Assembly: GCA_002772995.1 (NCBI GenBank)
Contig: PFCO01000001.1
Location: 244 to 64,243 of the forward strand
Reading direction: 5' to 3'
Origin: Candidatus Niyogibacteria bacterium CG10_big_fil_rev_8_21_14_0_10_46_36
GTDB taxonomy: Bacteria; Patescibacteriota; Minisyncoccia; 1-14-0-10-42-19
Length of the DNA: 64,000 nt
The position numbers and the translations under genes were made by a program. Below are positions 1-9,957 of the stretch, one piece after another (position 1 is the stretch's first letter; the number at the start of each line of letters is the position of its first letter). The notes beneath the pieces were generated by a model, which searched no databases, was not told the DNA's origin, and saw only the letters and a list, made by a program, of their open reading frames with translations.

Positions 1-912
1 GCGTTGCTCTCCATAGTGGGAGGTATTTTTTTCTTTTGGGAGTCATACACCCAAGAAAAGTTAAGCGATATATTGAGTGCGTATCCTTTTGTGAGTCCCG
101 CGCGCAATCTCATAGACCAAAAAGATTTTATCACCAACCTTGTTCCGCTTCGCGAGGATATCAAAAAAATAGTGGATAGCTTTGAAAGCGTCGCGACTAC
201 CTCCATATATATAGAAGCGCTTAATTCGGGGGCTTCCATTACACTCCAAAAGGATGTTCGGGTATTCCCGGCAAGCCTCGCAAAGATTCCGCTTGCTATG
301 GCAGTTATAAAAAACATTGAGGAAGGGGGATGGGCATTTGATACGATGCTCCCAGTAGAAGAAAAACATATTGATTCACGTTCCGGGACGCTCTACGAGC
401 GCGTACGAGATGGTGACGGAATAACAGTTAAACAGCTTCTTGAAGAAATGCTTGTACATTCGGATAACACGGCATACGAAACCTTGCTCTCGCATATGAA
501 AGAACGAGATTGGAGTAATATTTCAGATTTAATCGGTCTTGCGGCTTTGTATGATTTCGAAGGAAAAATATTACTAGCCGAATATATCAAAATGTTCCGG
601 TCGCTTTATACCGCGAGTTATTTAACTCGTGAATCATCAGAATATATATTAGAATTGCTGTCTCTTACCGGTTTTAATAATTTTATTGTGCAAGGGCTTC
701 CTTCTTATCAATCGTTTTCCCATAAATGGGGCAAAAACATAGAACGCAACGTTTTTGCTGATGTTGGAATTGTATATTTACCTGACAGGCCTTTTTTGAT
801 AGGCATTCTCGTCCAGAGCTACGAAGACACGCCTGAGGCGGGCGAGAAAACGGCTCAAACCATCATGAAAGCTGTCGCCGAACGCACCTATTCCTATATG
901 CGCGACTACTAG
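1..912 (+). CDS. Serine hydrolase, class A beta-lactamase/PBP-A-like (probably 5'-truncated by window edge)
   Basis: Motifs SLAK (SxxK), SDN, HKWG (KTG-like), DVGIV; N-terminal TM remnant. Confidence 0.85.
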   Translation, partial: ALLSIVGGIFFFWESYTQEKLSDILSAYPFVSPARNLIDQKDFITNLVPLREDIKKIVDSFESVATTSIYIEALNSGASITLQKDVRVFPASLAKIPLAMAVIKNIEEGGWAFDTMLPVEEKHIDSRSGTLYERVRDGDGITVKQLLEEMLVHSDNTAYETLLSHMKERDWSNISDLIGLAALYDFEGKILLAEYIKMFRSLYTASYLTRESSEYILELLSLTGFNNFIVQGLPSYQSFSHKWGKNIERNVFADVGIVYLPDRPFLIGILVQSYEDTPEAGEKTAQTIMKAVAERTYSYMRDY

Positions 913-913
913 G

Positions 914-1080
914 ACTCCGTCACACCCTCCCATTTTGCCCCCTGTGCAAGACCCGGCCTAGCACACATCCTGAAAACCCCTCAACTCAACGACACCCTGC
1001 GTATATGTGCCAGATCCGGTTTTGCACATTCGTTATTTTCAAACTTCTTCAGTCTCTTAAGGCGCGGGGGAAGATGGAGT
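914..1080. other. Long imperfect hairpin (~167 nt), candidate structured RNA/ssDNA element
   Basis: Nested complementarity 914-918/1076-1080, 943-956/1016-1028, 957-968/1003-1014. Confidence 0.4.
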
Positions 1081-1100
1081 GATTTTTCTTTTACCCCAAC

Positions 1101-1130
1101 AAACGGCTCACACCCCCGTGTGAGCCGTTT
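1101..1130. repeat. Palindromic hairpin, near-identical to 45458-45486; terminator/REP-like
   Basis: aaacggctcacacccccgtgtgagccgttt. Confidence 0.7.
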
Positions 1131-1160
1131 GTTTTGCACCTTTTTCTGCCATTTTTACAC

Positions 1161-1188
1161 AAAAACACGCTGGTTCAAGCGTGTTTTT
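1161..1188. terminator. Second hairpin, bidirectional terminator-like
   Basis: aaaaacacgct-ggttca-agcgtgttttt. Confidence 0.55.
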
Positions 1189-1217
1189 GGTTTATACTAC
1201 TATTATATATATTATAT

Positions 1218-3839
1218 ATGAAAGCATTCTATAAGCAGACAACAGCAGAAATTCTCATATCTCAAAAAACAGACGCGCATACGGGCATTTCGCGCGATGA
1301 GTTCGTGCGCCGCTTTGAGCAATACGGTCCAAATAAGCTTACCGAAGAGAAAAACTTTCGCTTTTTTAAGATACTCTTTGAACAGCTACGAAGTCCGCTC
1401 ATATTTATCCTTCTCGTTGCGGGCATTATTACCGTATTTCTTGAAGAATATACCGACAGCCTCGTTATCTTTATTGCGGTATTCATAAACACCGCAATTG
1501 GCATCTACCAAGAGGGACGCGCATCCAAAGCATTTGAAAAACTCCGCTCCTCCGTAAAAAAATACGCGATAGTCTTACGGAACGGCAAACAGATGGAAGT
1601 AAGCGTAGAACAGCTCGTACCCGGGGATATCGTTATCCTGGAGGCGGGCGCGCAGGTTCCGGCAGATATCCGCTTGATAGAAGTAAAGGGGCTTGAGGTA
1701 AACGAAGCGGTGCTTACGGGGGAATGGCTCCCGCAGGAAAAAAACACCGAACCAATACTGAAAAAAATGCGCATCACCGAACAAAAAAATATGGTGTGGA
1801 TGGGAACGCTTGTTGAAGACGGCTACGCGAAAGGCGTTGTCGTCGCTACGGGCCAAGATACTGAACTTGGTAAAATTGCAGGCTCTCTTAAGCAAGAAAA
1901 AGAGGAGCCGACCCCTTTCCAAAAAGGAGTGGGGAAGCTCGCGCGCATGATAGGGATTGTTGTTGTTTGTATCGTTATCCTTATCTTTATACTCGGTATT
2001 CTTGAGGGCGACCCACCTTTTGAGATGTTTTTGACGGCGGTTGCAATTGCGGTTGCGGCAATCCCTGAGGGACTACCCGTTGCCGTTACCGTAGTTCTTG
2101 CACTCAGTATGTCGCGGATTCTCGGCAAAGGAGGGCTTGTCAAAAAACTTATCAAAGCTGAAACGCTCGGCTCAACTACCGTTATCCTTACCGATAAAAC
2201 AGGGACGCTTACGCGCGGCGAAATGGAGCTTAAGCATGCGCTTTCAACTTCCGCTATTCTTTCCGGGCGCACGACCGAAGAAAATACGGCAGTGCTTCGC
2301 ATAGGTGTGTATACTTCAGGAGGATTTATTGAAAACGAAGAGAAAGAGCAGGCCCAGTGGATTATCCGTGGGAAGCCCACCGATAAAGCGCTCTTGAGCG
2401 CGGGAATAAAGAACAATCTCATCCCCTCGGCACTTTTTAGAGAAGAGGAGCGCGTTGATTATCTGCCATTTGATTCCGAGCGGCGCCTTGCCGCTTCTCT
2501 GAATGCCCAAAAAGACGGGGGGCATACGCTTTATATTACGGGCGCCCCCGAAGCGCTTATTGAATACGCATCGTTCGCAGAATCAGGAAAACGTCTTTCG
2601 GCAGAGGACAAAAAAACAATACAAGACGCGTATGACACCATCACTAAAGACGGCATGCGCGTGATTGCCGTCGCCATGAAGAAAACAATGGAAAACAAAA
2701 TTTCGCGGAAAAATATGCGGGAACTATGCGCAGACACAATTTTTATGGGTCTTATTGCGTTCCATGACCCGATACGGGAAGATGTTCCCGCAGCCATTAA
2801 AGCCGCACGCGAAGCGGGACTCCGCCCAGTACTCGTTACCGGAGACCATGCAAACACGGCGCATGCGGTTGCTAAAGAAACGGGCCTTGCAACAGACGGC
2901 GTAGTCATCACCGGAGAGATGCTTGAAGGTATGGATGATGTCGCCGTGCAAAAAGCGGTAAACACGCATCAGATATTCGCGCGCATTCTCCCATCTCAAA
3001 AACTGCGCCTAGTGACTGCGCTTCGCAACGAACACGAGGTTGTCGCAATGACAGGAGACGGCGTAAATGATTCGCCGGCGCTTACTCAAGCGGATATTGG
3101 AATTGCGGTCGGTTCCGGGACCGATGTTGCCAAAGAAGCATCAGATCTTATACTACTGCATGACAGTTTCGGCATTATCGTAAAAGCAATAGAAGAGGGG
3201 CGAGTGGCGCTCGCAAATCTCCGGAAAATTATCACATATGTCCTCGCAACTAATTTTTCGGAAGTGATCCTTGTGAGCGGCGCGCTTCTTTTGGGTTTTC
3301 CGCTGCCCGTACTGCCGGTGCAGATATTATGGGCAAACCTCATAGAAGAAGGTTTTATGAACTTTGCGTTTGCCTTTGAAAAGGGGGAAAACGTCCTCAA
3401 AGAAAATGTTCACGCAAAAGAAGCGCGGAGCATCATTACGCAGGAGATGAAAATTATTATTTTTGGCGTAGGCATTATCACAAGCCTTCTTCTCGTAGGC
3501 GTTTTGTACTATCTAACCCAACTCAACTACCCCATAGAAGAGATACGTACCATACTTTTTGCGGGCTTGTCGCTTGATGCCATCTTTTTCACTTTTTCGC
3601 TTAAGAGCTTTAAAAAGCCGATATGGAAGATTAATATATTTTCTAACAAATATCTTTTGGGAGCATTTGCCGTGAGTTTCCTGGGGTTATTGGCGGCCAT
3701 CACACTCCATCCGCTTGAACGCCTCTTGCAGACCGTCACCCCGACTCCTATGGAATTTTTAATGCTTATCGGTCTTGGACTCTTTAATCTTTTCGCGATA
3801 GAAGCGGTAAAATGGTATTATATAAGGAAAACCACCTAG
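1218..3839 (+). CDS. Cation-transporting P-type ATPase (P2A, Ca2+-type)
   Basis: IPEGL, DKTGTLT, TGE, DPIR, MTGDGVND, LWANL; start moved to ATG 1218. Confidence 0.95.
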   Translation: MKAFYKQTTAEILISQKTDAHTGISRDEFVRRFEQYGPNKLTEEKNFRFFKILFEQLRSPLIFILLVAGIITVFLEEYTDSLVIFIAVFINTAIGIYQEGRASKAFEKLRSSVKKYAIVLRNGKQMEVSVEQLVPGDIVILEAGAQVPADIRLIEVKGLEVNEAVLTGEWLPQEKNTEPILKKMRITEQKNMVWMGTLVEDGYAKGVVVATGQDTELGKIAGSLKQEKEEPTPFQKGVGKLARMIGIVVVCIVILIFILGILEGDPPFEMFLTAVAIAVAAIPEGLPVAVTVVLALSMSRILGKGGLVKKLIKAETLGSTTVILTDKTGTLTRGEMELKHALSTSAILSGRTTEENTAVLRIGVYTSGGFIENEEKEQAQWIIRGKPTDKALLSAGIKNNLIPSALFREEERVDYLPFDSERRLAASLNAQKDGGHTLYITGAPEALIEYASFAESGKRLSAEDKKTIQDAYDTITKDGMRVIAVAMKKTMENKISRKNMRELCADTIFMGLIAFHDPIREDVPAAIKAAREAGLRPVLVTGDHANTAHAVAKETGLATDGVVITGEMLEGMDDVAVQKAVNTHQIFARILPSQKLRLVTALRNEHEVVAMTGDGVNDSPALTQADIGIAVGSGTDVAKEASDLILLHDSFGIIVKAIEEGRVALANLRKIITYVLATNFSEVILVSGALLLGFPLPVLPVQILWANLIEEGFMNFAFAFEKGENVLKENVHAKEARSIITQEMKIIIFGVGIITSLLLVGVLYYLTQLNYPIEEIRTILFAGLSLDAIFFTFSLKSFKKPIWKINIFSNKYLLGAFAVSFLGLLAAITLHPLERLLQTVTPTPMEFLMLIGLGLFNLFAIEAVKWYYIRKTT

Positions 3840-3840
3840 T

Positions 3841-4815
3841 ATGTCGCCTGTTATCCTCATACTCATATTTGCAGTCGCGTTCATCACGCTTGCACGGTCA
3901 AGCACCTTTCTTATAAACGCGATTGCCGCACTCGCCCGCATTCTTCGTATTTCTGAATACGCGATATCCTTTTTACTTATGAGCTTTGCGACCTCGGTGT
4001 CAGAGCTTTTCGTGGGGATATCATCAACGGTAGGCGGGGTGTCAGAGCTTTCGCTTGGAAATATATTTGGCGCGAATCTCTTGAATATCACGCTTGTTGT
4101 TGCTGTTCCCATCTTTTTGTCCGGACGCCTAACCATAGAATCCAAGATACGCAGACGGAATTTTTGGTTTATCTTTTTTCTGTCAATGTTCCCGTTTTTG
4201 CTGGGCTTTGACGGATCGATTTCGCGTGGAGACGGCCTCATCCTTTTGCTTTTGTTCGTATTTTATATTATTTTGATTGCAGGAGAACGCGAATATTTTT
4301 CCAAAGCATACGATGTAAATCAGTTTCACCAGCCATCTATCCTGAAGCGCGCACACCGAACGATATTGCTTCTCATTACCGGCCTTTTGTTCCTTGTAGT
4401 ATCATCCGCTGTCCTTGTTTGGGCAAGCACCGCGCTTTCAGTGACATTTGCCATAGGAACGCTTTCATTTGGTATACTATTCCTTGCACTTGCAACAACT
4501 ATTCCCGAGATGACAGTAGGCATCCGTTCAGCAATTTCGGAACACGGTTCCATGACTGCAGGAAATGCCCTGGGTTCCATCGCTTTTAATAGCGCCTTTA
4601 TTGTGGGACTCATCAGCATTATCCGTCCTATCTCCATCCCGAACCGACTTGAATTTCTTTCGGTGCTTGGCGCATTTATTATTGCCTTTTTCTTGTTCAA
4701 CCTTTTTATCTACCGGAAAAATAATATTGATAAGCGGGAAGCGGTCATCCTTGTGCTTGTCTATCTTATCTTTATCGCATTTGAACTCGTATGTACCTCG
4801 TGCTTGGTATTTTAA
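3841..4815 (+). CDS. Sodium:calcium antiporter (YrbG/CaCA family)
   Basis: Two alpha repeats ATSVSE..GNIFGAN and ATTIPE..GNALGS; ~10 TM. Confidence 0.9.
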   Translation: MSPVILILIFAVAFITLARSSTFLINAIAALARILRISEYAISFLLMSFATSVSELFVGISSTVGGVSELSLGNIFGANLLNITLVVAVPIFLSGRLTIESKIRRRNFWFIFFLSMFPFLLGFDGSISRGDGLILLLLFVFYIILIAGEREYFSKAYDVNQFHQPSILKRAHRTILLLITGLLFLVVSSAVLVWASTALSVTFAIGTLSFGILFLALATTIPEMTVGIRSAISEHGSMTAGNALGSIAFNSAFIVGLISIIRPISIPNRLEFLSVLGAFIIAFFLFNLFIYRKNNIDKREAVILVLVYLIFIAFELVCTSCLVF

Positions 4816-5816
4816 TAGGAGCTATCGCGGGCGGTATTATTATCTTTTTGGTAACGCGCCGCTCTCAATCATTTCTCATGCTTCAGCACCAACTGCAGGC
4901 GATAGACAAGCGGCTGGATGAAAAACTCGGTGAGTCAGGAAAAATGATGCAAGCCCAGTTCGGAGAATCCGCGAAAATCATCCGCGATGTTACCGAACGC
5001 CTAACGAAGTTAGACGAAACAAATAAGCAGGTCATCAATTTTACAGACCAGCTGCGTAAGCTCCAGGATATTCTGCAAAATCCAAAACAGCGGGGAATTC
5101 TTGGCGAATATTACCTTGAAACGGTACTCAAAAATACATTGCCCGTGGGGTCATACAAAATCCAATATGGATTCCGCGACGGCAACATCGTTGATGCCGC
5201 GATATTTATCAAAGACAAAATCATACCCGTAGATTCAAAATTCAGCTTAGAAAACTATAATCGTATCCTGGAAGAACACAACGAAGACAGAAAAAAAGAG
5301 CTGGAAAAACAATTCCGCCAGGACTTAAAAAACCGTATAGACGAAACGGCAAAATATGTGCGCCCCGAAGAAGGGACTATGGATTTTGCATTCATGTTTA
5401 TTCCGTCAGAAGCAATCTACTACGACCTGCTTATCAATAAGGTGGGTGCGGTGCAAGTAAATACCGAGGATCTTATTTCTTACGCTATTAACAAAAAGCG
5501 CGTGCTCATCGTATCGCCGAATACATTCCTTGCTTTCCTCCAAACCGTATTACAGGGTCTCAAAGCGATGGAGATAGAAGAATCAGCGAAGGAGATTATT
5601 AAAGGAGTTCAGCAGCTTTCAAAGCATATCACGGCATACGACGACTATATGTTGCGTCTTGGGAAGAATTTGGATACAACCGTGAACGCCTACAATAAAG
5701 CCTCAAAAGAGTTCAAAAAAATCGACAAAGATGTCGTAAAATTAAGCGGTTCGGGGGGCACTATAGAGCCTATGCTGGTGCGGAGAACGGAGGAGGGTGA
5801 GGAGATTGACTCGTAA
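4791..5816 (+). CDS. rmuC: DNA recombination protein RmuC
   Basis: N-terminal TM, coiled coil, RGxLGE, VDSKF, DFAFMFIPSE. Confidence 0.92.
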   Translation: MYLVLGILIGAIAGGIIIFLVTRRSQSFLMLQHQLQAIDKRLDEKLGESGKMMQAQFGESAKIIRDVTERLTKLDETNKQVINFTDQLRKLQDILQNPKQRGILGEYYLETVLKNTLPVGSYKIQYGFRDGNIVDAAIFIKDKIIPVDSKFSLENYNRILEEHNEDRKKELEKQFRQDLKNRIDETAKYVRPEEGTMDFAFMFIPSEAIYYDLLINKVGAVQVNTEDLISYAINKKRVLIVSPNTFLAFLQTVLQGLKAMEIEESAKEIIKGVQQLSKHITAYDDYMLRLGKNLDTTVNAYNKASKEFKKIDKDVVKLSGSGGTIEPMLVRRTEEGEEIDS

Positions 5817-5843
5817 GAGAAAACCTATTACAATATCAAAACT

Positions 5844-6164
5844 ATGCCATTTGCAGTATTTGCCACCGGCGGAAAGCAGTATATCGCCGAAAAAGGCAAA
5901 AAAATAAAAGTGGAAAAGCTTAACGCCCCCGGCAAAAAGGGCGGTGTTGAGTTTGATAAGGTTCTTTTGGTAGAGGATGGCAAACATGTCACCATCGGGA
6001 CGCCTTTTGTTTCCGGCGCAAAGATAACCGCAGAAATAGCAAGCGAGGGACGCCACAAAAAAATAGATGTTATCCGTTATAAATCAAAGACCCGGTACCA
6101 CAAAAAGAAAGGACACAAACAACAGTACACCGAAGTTCTCATCAAAGATATCAAAGCAAAATAA
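5844..6164 (+). CDS. rplU: 50S ribosomal protein bL21
   Basis: FAVFATGGKQY, GHKQQYT. Confidence 0.97.
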   Translation: MPFAVFATGGKQYIAEKGKKIKVEKLNAPGKKGGVEFDKVLLVEDGKHVTIGTPFVSGAKITAEIASEGRHKKIDVIRYKSKTRYHKKKGHKQQYTEVLIKDIKAK

Positions 6165-6190
6165 TCCCGCTTCTAGCGGGATTATTTTTT
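6158..6190 (+). terminator. Intrinsic terminator after rplU
   Basis: aaaataatcccgc-ttcta-gcgggattatttttt. Confidence 0.8.
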
Positions 6191-6222
6191 GTCCGGGTGA
6201 TATACTTAGACAGGAGGCGATA

Positions 6223-6432
6223 ATGAAACTCTTTAAAAAAATAAAAAGATTTATCCGGAAGCATATCACGCATCCCGAACCGATATTTTATGATAGTATA
6301 CCGGTATATGTCGCGCCATCCGGCACGCACTATGTCCATCTGATAGACCTTCTCCTCACACCAGAAGAAAAAAAAGACCTTTGCGCGCAAGCTAAGATAG
6401 AGGCCAAAAAAATACTCAAAAAGAATTACTGA
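6223..6432 (+). CDS. Small hypothetical protein (69 aa)
   Basis: TATACT then AGGAGG SD before ATG 6223; hairpin 6434-6461 after stop. Confidence 0.6.
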   Translation: MKLFKKIKRFIRKHITHPEPIFYDSIPVYVAPSGTHYVHLIDLLLTPEEKKDLCAQAKIEAKKILKKNY

Positions 6433-6460
6433 ATAAATGCCTGCATTAGTGTAGGCATTT

Positions 6461-7063
6461 TTATTTTCGGTTGAGGTACGCGCTTTTGAATGTTGCAGTG
6501 TCAGAATACTCGAGCTCCGAACCCGTTGAAAGCCCGCGCCCCAGACGCGTAATCTTGAGTTTTTGCTTGGTAAATGGTTCTAAAATTTGTTCAATGTACC
6601 GCGCAGTATGGTCACCTTCGGGAGTCGCGGATGTCGCAAGAACAACTTCCAAAATGCCATTTGCAGCCGCAAGGCGGTTATACAGTTCACGAAGACGGAG
6701 TTTTTCTTGAGATTTCGGGCGCAGGGGAGAAATAGCGCCGCCCAATATATGATAGAGTCCATCGTATACTCCTGCACGCTCAATGTTTGAGAAGTCCATA
6801 TCCTTTTCAACGACCATAATACGCGATTTATCTCTTCCGGAACTTGCACATAAAAGACACAGATTATTTTTGCCCTCATACGCCTGGAAGCAATGCGCAC
6901 ACCGCTTTACGCCCGCAAGCGAAACGATAGCGCGCGCAAGAGTTTCTTGATACTCTTGCTTTTCATCAAGCAAGTGATAGACCAAACGAGACGCCTGTCG
7001 CGGCCCCAGCCCCGGCAGTTTTGAGAGCAACTGTACTAATTGTTCTATTCTTTCGGATGACAT
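6461..7063 (-). CDS. recR: Recombination mediator RecR
   Basis: LPGLGPR HhH, C4 zinc finger, Toprim, ELEYSD. Confidence 0.95.
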   Translation of the reverse strand: MSSERIEQLVQLLSKLPGLGPRQASRLVYHLLDEKQEYQETLARAIVSLAGVKRCAHCFQAYEGKNNLCLLCASSGRDKSRIMVVEKDMDFSNIERAGVYDGLYHILGGAISPLRPKSQEKLRLRELYNRLAAANGILEVVLATSATPEGDHTARYIEQILEPFTKQKLKITRLGRGLSTGSELEYSDTATFKSAYLNRK

Positions 7064-7068
7064 GATGT

Positions 7069-7290
7069 TTAATGGGATTGATCTTCGTCCTCAAGCTCCT
7101 TGAGTTTTTGTTTGAGATTGCGCAGCCGTTCTCCAACGATACTGGGATGTTCTTCTGAAGCATCCTCCTTGTTCCCGCGCGAGAGCGCTTCTATTTCATT
7201 TTTTATTTTTTCTATCATGCTTCCCCGGGACGGCTGCTGACCTTCCGGAAAATTTTGCAAATGGGAAAAACCTACATTTTCTAACGACAT
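7069..7290 (-). CDS. Small hypothetical coiled-coil protein
   Basis: Fills the dnaB-recR gap with 4-5 nt spacers. Confidence 0.6.
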   Translation of the reverse strand: MSLENVGFSHLQNFPEGQQPSRGSMIEKIKNEIEALSRGNKEDASEEHPSIVGERLRNLKQKLKELEDEDQSH

Positions 7291-7294
7291 ACTA

Positions 7295-8689
7295 TTACCA
7301 CTGAATTTGATCGTCTAAATGTTTTCTATCAAGCGATGAAAAGCTCGCGTACTCCTTGTTGAAGAAAAGCGTTGCCTTGCCGGTAGGGCCGTTTCGGTGT
7401 TTTTCTATTAAAATATCCGCCTGGTTCGGCCGGTCGCTTGATGACTTGTACTTGTCTTCACGATAAATAAACATAACGACATCAGCGTCCTGTTCAATAC
7501 TGCCTGAATCGCGAAGGTCTGAAAGGCGGGGGATTGGAGGATGGCGCTGTTCCACACTTCGGGAAAGCTGCGAAAGTGCCAACACCGGAACATTCAACTC
7601 TTTCGCAAGTGTCTTGAGAGAGCGCGAAATTTCGGTTATCTGCATAACCATGCTGTCCGAAGATGTCCGCGGCTGCATAAGCTGGAGATAGTCTACAATA
7701 ATAAGTCCCAAGCCATGTTCTGCCTGCAAGCGCCGCGCTTTTGTGCGTATCTGCAAGATATTTGATGTTGCTTCGTCATCGATAAAGATGGGGGCTTGTG
7801 AAAGCTTCGAAAGCGCATCGCGAAGGCGCGGGAATTCATCTTCTGCAAGCCGGCCGTTCCGCAATTTCCACAGATCTATGTGGGCTTCTGCTGCAAGCAA
7901 GCGGTCTACAAGCTGCTCCGTGGACATTTCGAGAGAAAAGATGCCTACGGGCAGTTCTTTTTGTACCGCAACATTCCGAGCAATATCCAATGCGAATGAT
8001 GTCTTACCTAAAGATGGACGGCACGCAACAATTATGAGATCAGAGTTCTGAAATCCCGAAAGCACTTTATCCAAATCATGAAAGCCCGTAGAGACGCCCC
8101 GCACTTCGTCTTTCTTCTTGTGGAGGCGGTCAATGCGGTCGAACGCTTCTGAAAGAGCCCCGCGCACGGGAAGGAATGTTTTGCGGAGCGACGCTTGTGA
8201 GATAGAAAGTATTTTGTGCTCTGCCTGGTCAAGCGATTCTTCGACATCAAGATCTTCCTGGTACCCCAAATGATTGATGTACTGGGATGCGTCTATCAAA
8301 TCACGAAGTACCCGTTTTTTATTTACGATGTCGGCATAATGCGCAATGCCGGCGGTAGAGGGAACCATATTCACCAAATGCGCGATATAGCTCATCCCTC
8401 CTATCTGATCTAATTTGCTCTTTTCTTTTAAGCGCGATGAAACCGAAACAACATCAATCGGCTCATGCCGTTCAAATAATTCTATGATGGATTCGTAAAT
8501 GACGCGGTGATTCTCATAATAAAAATCGTCATGGGACAAAATATCCATGACTTTCATTGGCGCATGCTTGTCGAGCATGAGAGAGCCGAGAACCGACATT
8601 TCCGCATCCTTGTTGTGTGGCGGTATGCGGAAAGAAATATTTTCAGAAGTGACCGGGGAGCCTTTGAATTGTGCGCGTTCCTCTGCCAT
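7295..8689 (-). CDS. dnaB: Replicative DNA helicase
   Basis: RPSLGKT, VDYLQL, LSQLSR, LRDSGSIEQDAD, KHRNGP; no intein. Confidence 0.98.
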   Translation of the reverse strand: MAEERAQFKGSPVTSENISFRIPPHNKDAEMSVLGSLMLDKHAPMKVMDILSHDDFYYENHRVIYESIIELFERHEPIDVVSVSSRLKEKSKLDQIGGMSYIAHLVNMVPSTAGIAHYADIVNKKRVLRDLIDASQYINHLGYQEDLDVEESLDQAEHKILSISQASLRKTFLPVRGALSEAFDRIDRLHKKKDEVRGVSTGFHDLDKVLSGFQNSDLIIVACRPSLGKTSFALDIARNVAVQKELPVGIFSLEMSTEQLVDRLLAAEAHIDLWKLRNGRLAEDEFPRLRDALSKLSQAPIFIDDEATSNILQIRTKARRLQAEHGLGLIIVDYLQLMQPRTSSDSMVMQITEISRSLKTLAKELNVPVLALSQLSRSVEQRHPPIPRLSDLRDSGSIEQDADVVMFIYREDKYKSSSDRPNQADILIEKHRNGPTGKATLFFNKEYASFSSLDRKHLDDQIQW

Positions 8690-8804
8690 ATTGTTCCATT
8701 GTACAGCGAAAATATTTCCCCTTCAATGGCAAAAACAACAAAAAACACCCCTCCAACCTTATAAAAAAGTGGAAAGGGCGTGGATAACCGTACATATACC
8801 CAAA

Positions 8805-8836
8805 AACAAACGCCCGGTGGTCATCGGGCGTTTGTG
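8805..8836 (-). terminator. Intrinsic terminator after PEGA gene
   Basis: acaaacgcccgg-tggtca-tcgggcgtttgt. Confidence 0.65.
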
Positions 8837-8839
8837 AGG

Positions 8840-9865
8840 TTAGAATTTTGTCTCCAGAAGCGAGTTTCCGTCGATAATATAGAGGGTGCTTCCGATAATC
8901 GTGAATCGCGGCTCGCGACCCTTATATACCGGCTGAAAATTCCGCGTAGAACGATTATCAAGCTCTATCGCAAAAATGCTATTTTGTACCGCGAACAATA
9001 CAATATCGCGGCGTGACGGATAAAACTGGAACGAGTGAATAATATTCGGGGAACGAAATACATTTATCTCTTTGTCCGTAAAGTAATAGGGGAGCGGAAG
9101 CTCTCCAATCCATTCAGCACGGATCTCCGTATTGTCCTCTGAAAGCCAGATGCGGCTTTGATCGCGCGTGTCTGTCATGAGTTTATGCGGAAGCGACGGG
9201 AGTGTATCATCTATTGAAAAAGATGATGTGAGGTTCGCGGTAAGCGTCCCTGACGATTCGTTAAACTGTATGCGAAGCGTTTTTGCGGGGAACACAAGAT
9301 AAAAATCATCACCATCTGCATAAAACGTCTTAAGCGGAGAAACTGACGAAAGATTAGGGCCCCCGCGTACAACTGTCATGAGCCGGCGCTCTTTCGGAAG
9401 AAAGAATTCATAAGTGACTCCTCCTGAAGTTTTCCGCTCAAGCATAATGATTTCTTTTTCCGGGACTGTATACACATTAGAATATTTCCCTTCAAGGATA
9501 GCGGTTCCCGTAATGTCTTGCGAAACCAAAAATGCACGCGCCTCGGTAACAAAACTTTCTTTAATGTCGAGCGTTTTTGTCCATGGCCAATACCCCTCTT
9601 TTGCGACAATAATAGACACCTCCTCCGGAGTAAGACCTTGCACAAACAATCCTTGCTGCAAAATATTCGTCCGCTTTTGAAGTTCGCCATCCAGATAAAT
9701 TTCCGCGCCTGTCGTCCCTGCACTAATAAATATTCCGCCGACGCGCTTAAAAGACAAATCCGATGTTATCCGCCACCCGCTTGCATAAAAAAGCACTGGC
9801 GGCGCTATCAGAAAAAAGAGGATAATTGCCGCCCAAAATATTCGATTTCGTGTTCTTTTCTTCAT
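8840..9865 (-). CDS. Membrane-anchored PEGA-domain protein
   Basis: N-terminal TM, GAEIYLDG and KEGYWPW PEGA-like motifs. Confidence 0.75.
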   Translation of the reverse strand: MKKRTRNRIFWAAIILFFLIAPPVLFYASGWRITSDLSFKRVGGIFISAGTTGAEIYLDGELQKRTNILQQGLFVQGLTPEEVSIIVAKEGYWPWTKTLDIKESFVTEARAFLVSQDITGTAILEGKYSNVYTVPEKEIIMLERKTSGGVTYEFFLPKERRLMTVVRGGPNLSSVSPLKTFYADGDDFYLVFPAKTLRIQFNESSGTLTANLTSSFSIDDTLPSLPHKLMTDTRDQSRIWLSEDNTEIRAEWIGELPLPYYFTDKEINVFRSPNIIHSFQFYPSRRDIVLFAVQNSIFAIELDNRSTRNFQPVYKGREPRFTIIGSTLYIIDGNSLLETKF

Positions 9866-9957
9866 ATATATATGAATAGAATTATACACGTATCCGATAG
9901 GTGAGACAAGCCGCTTTTTGTTTGAATAGAGCCTCTGTTTCAGGATATGATACCTAT

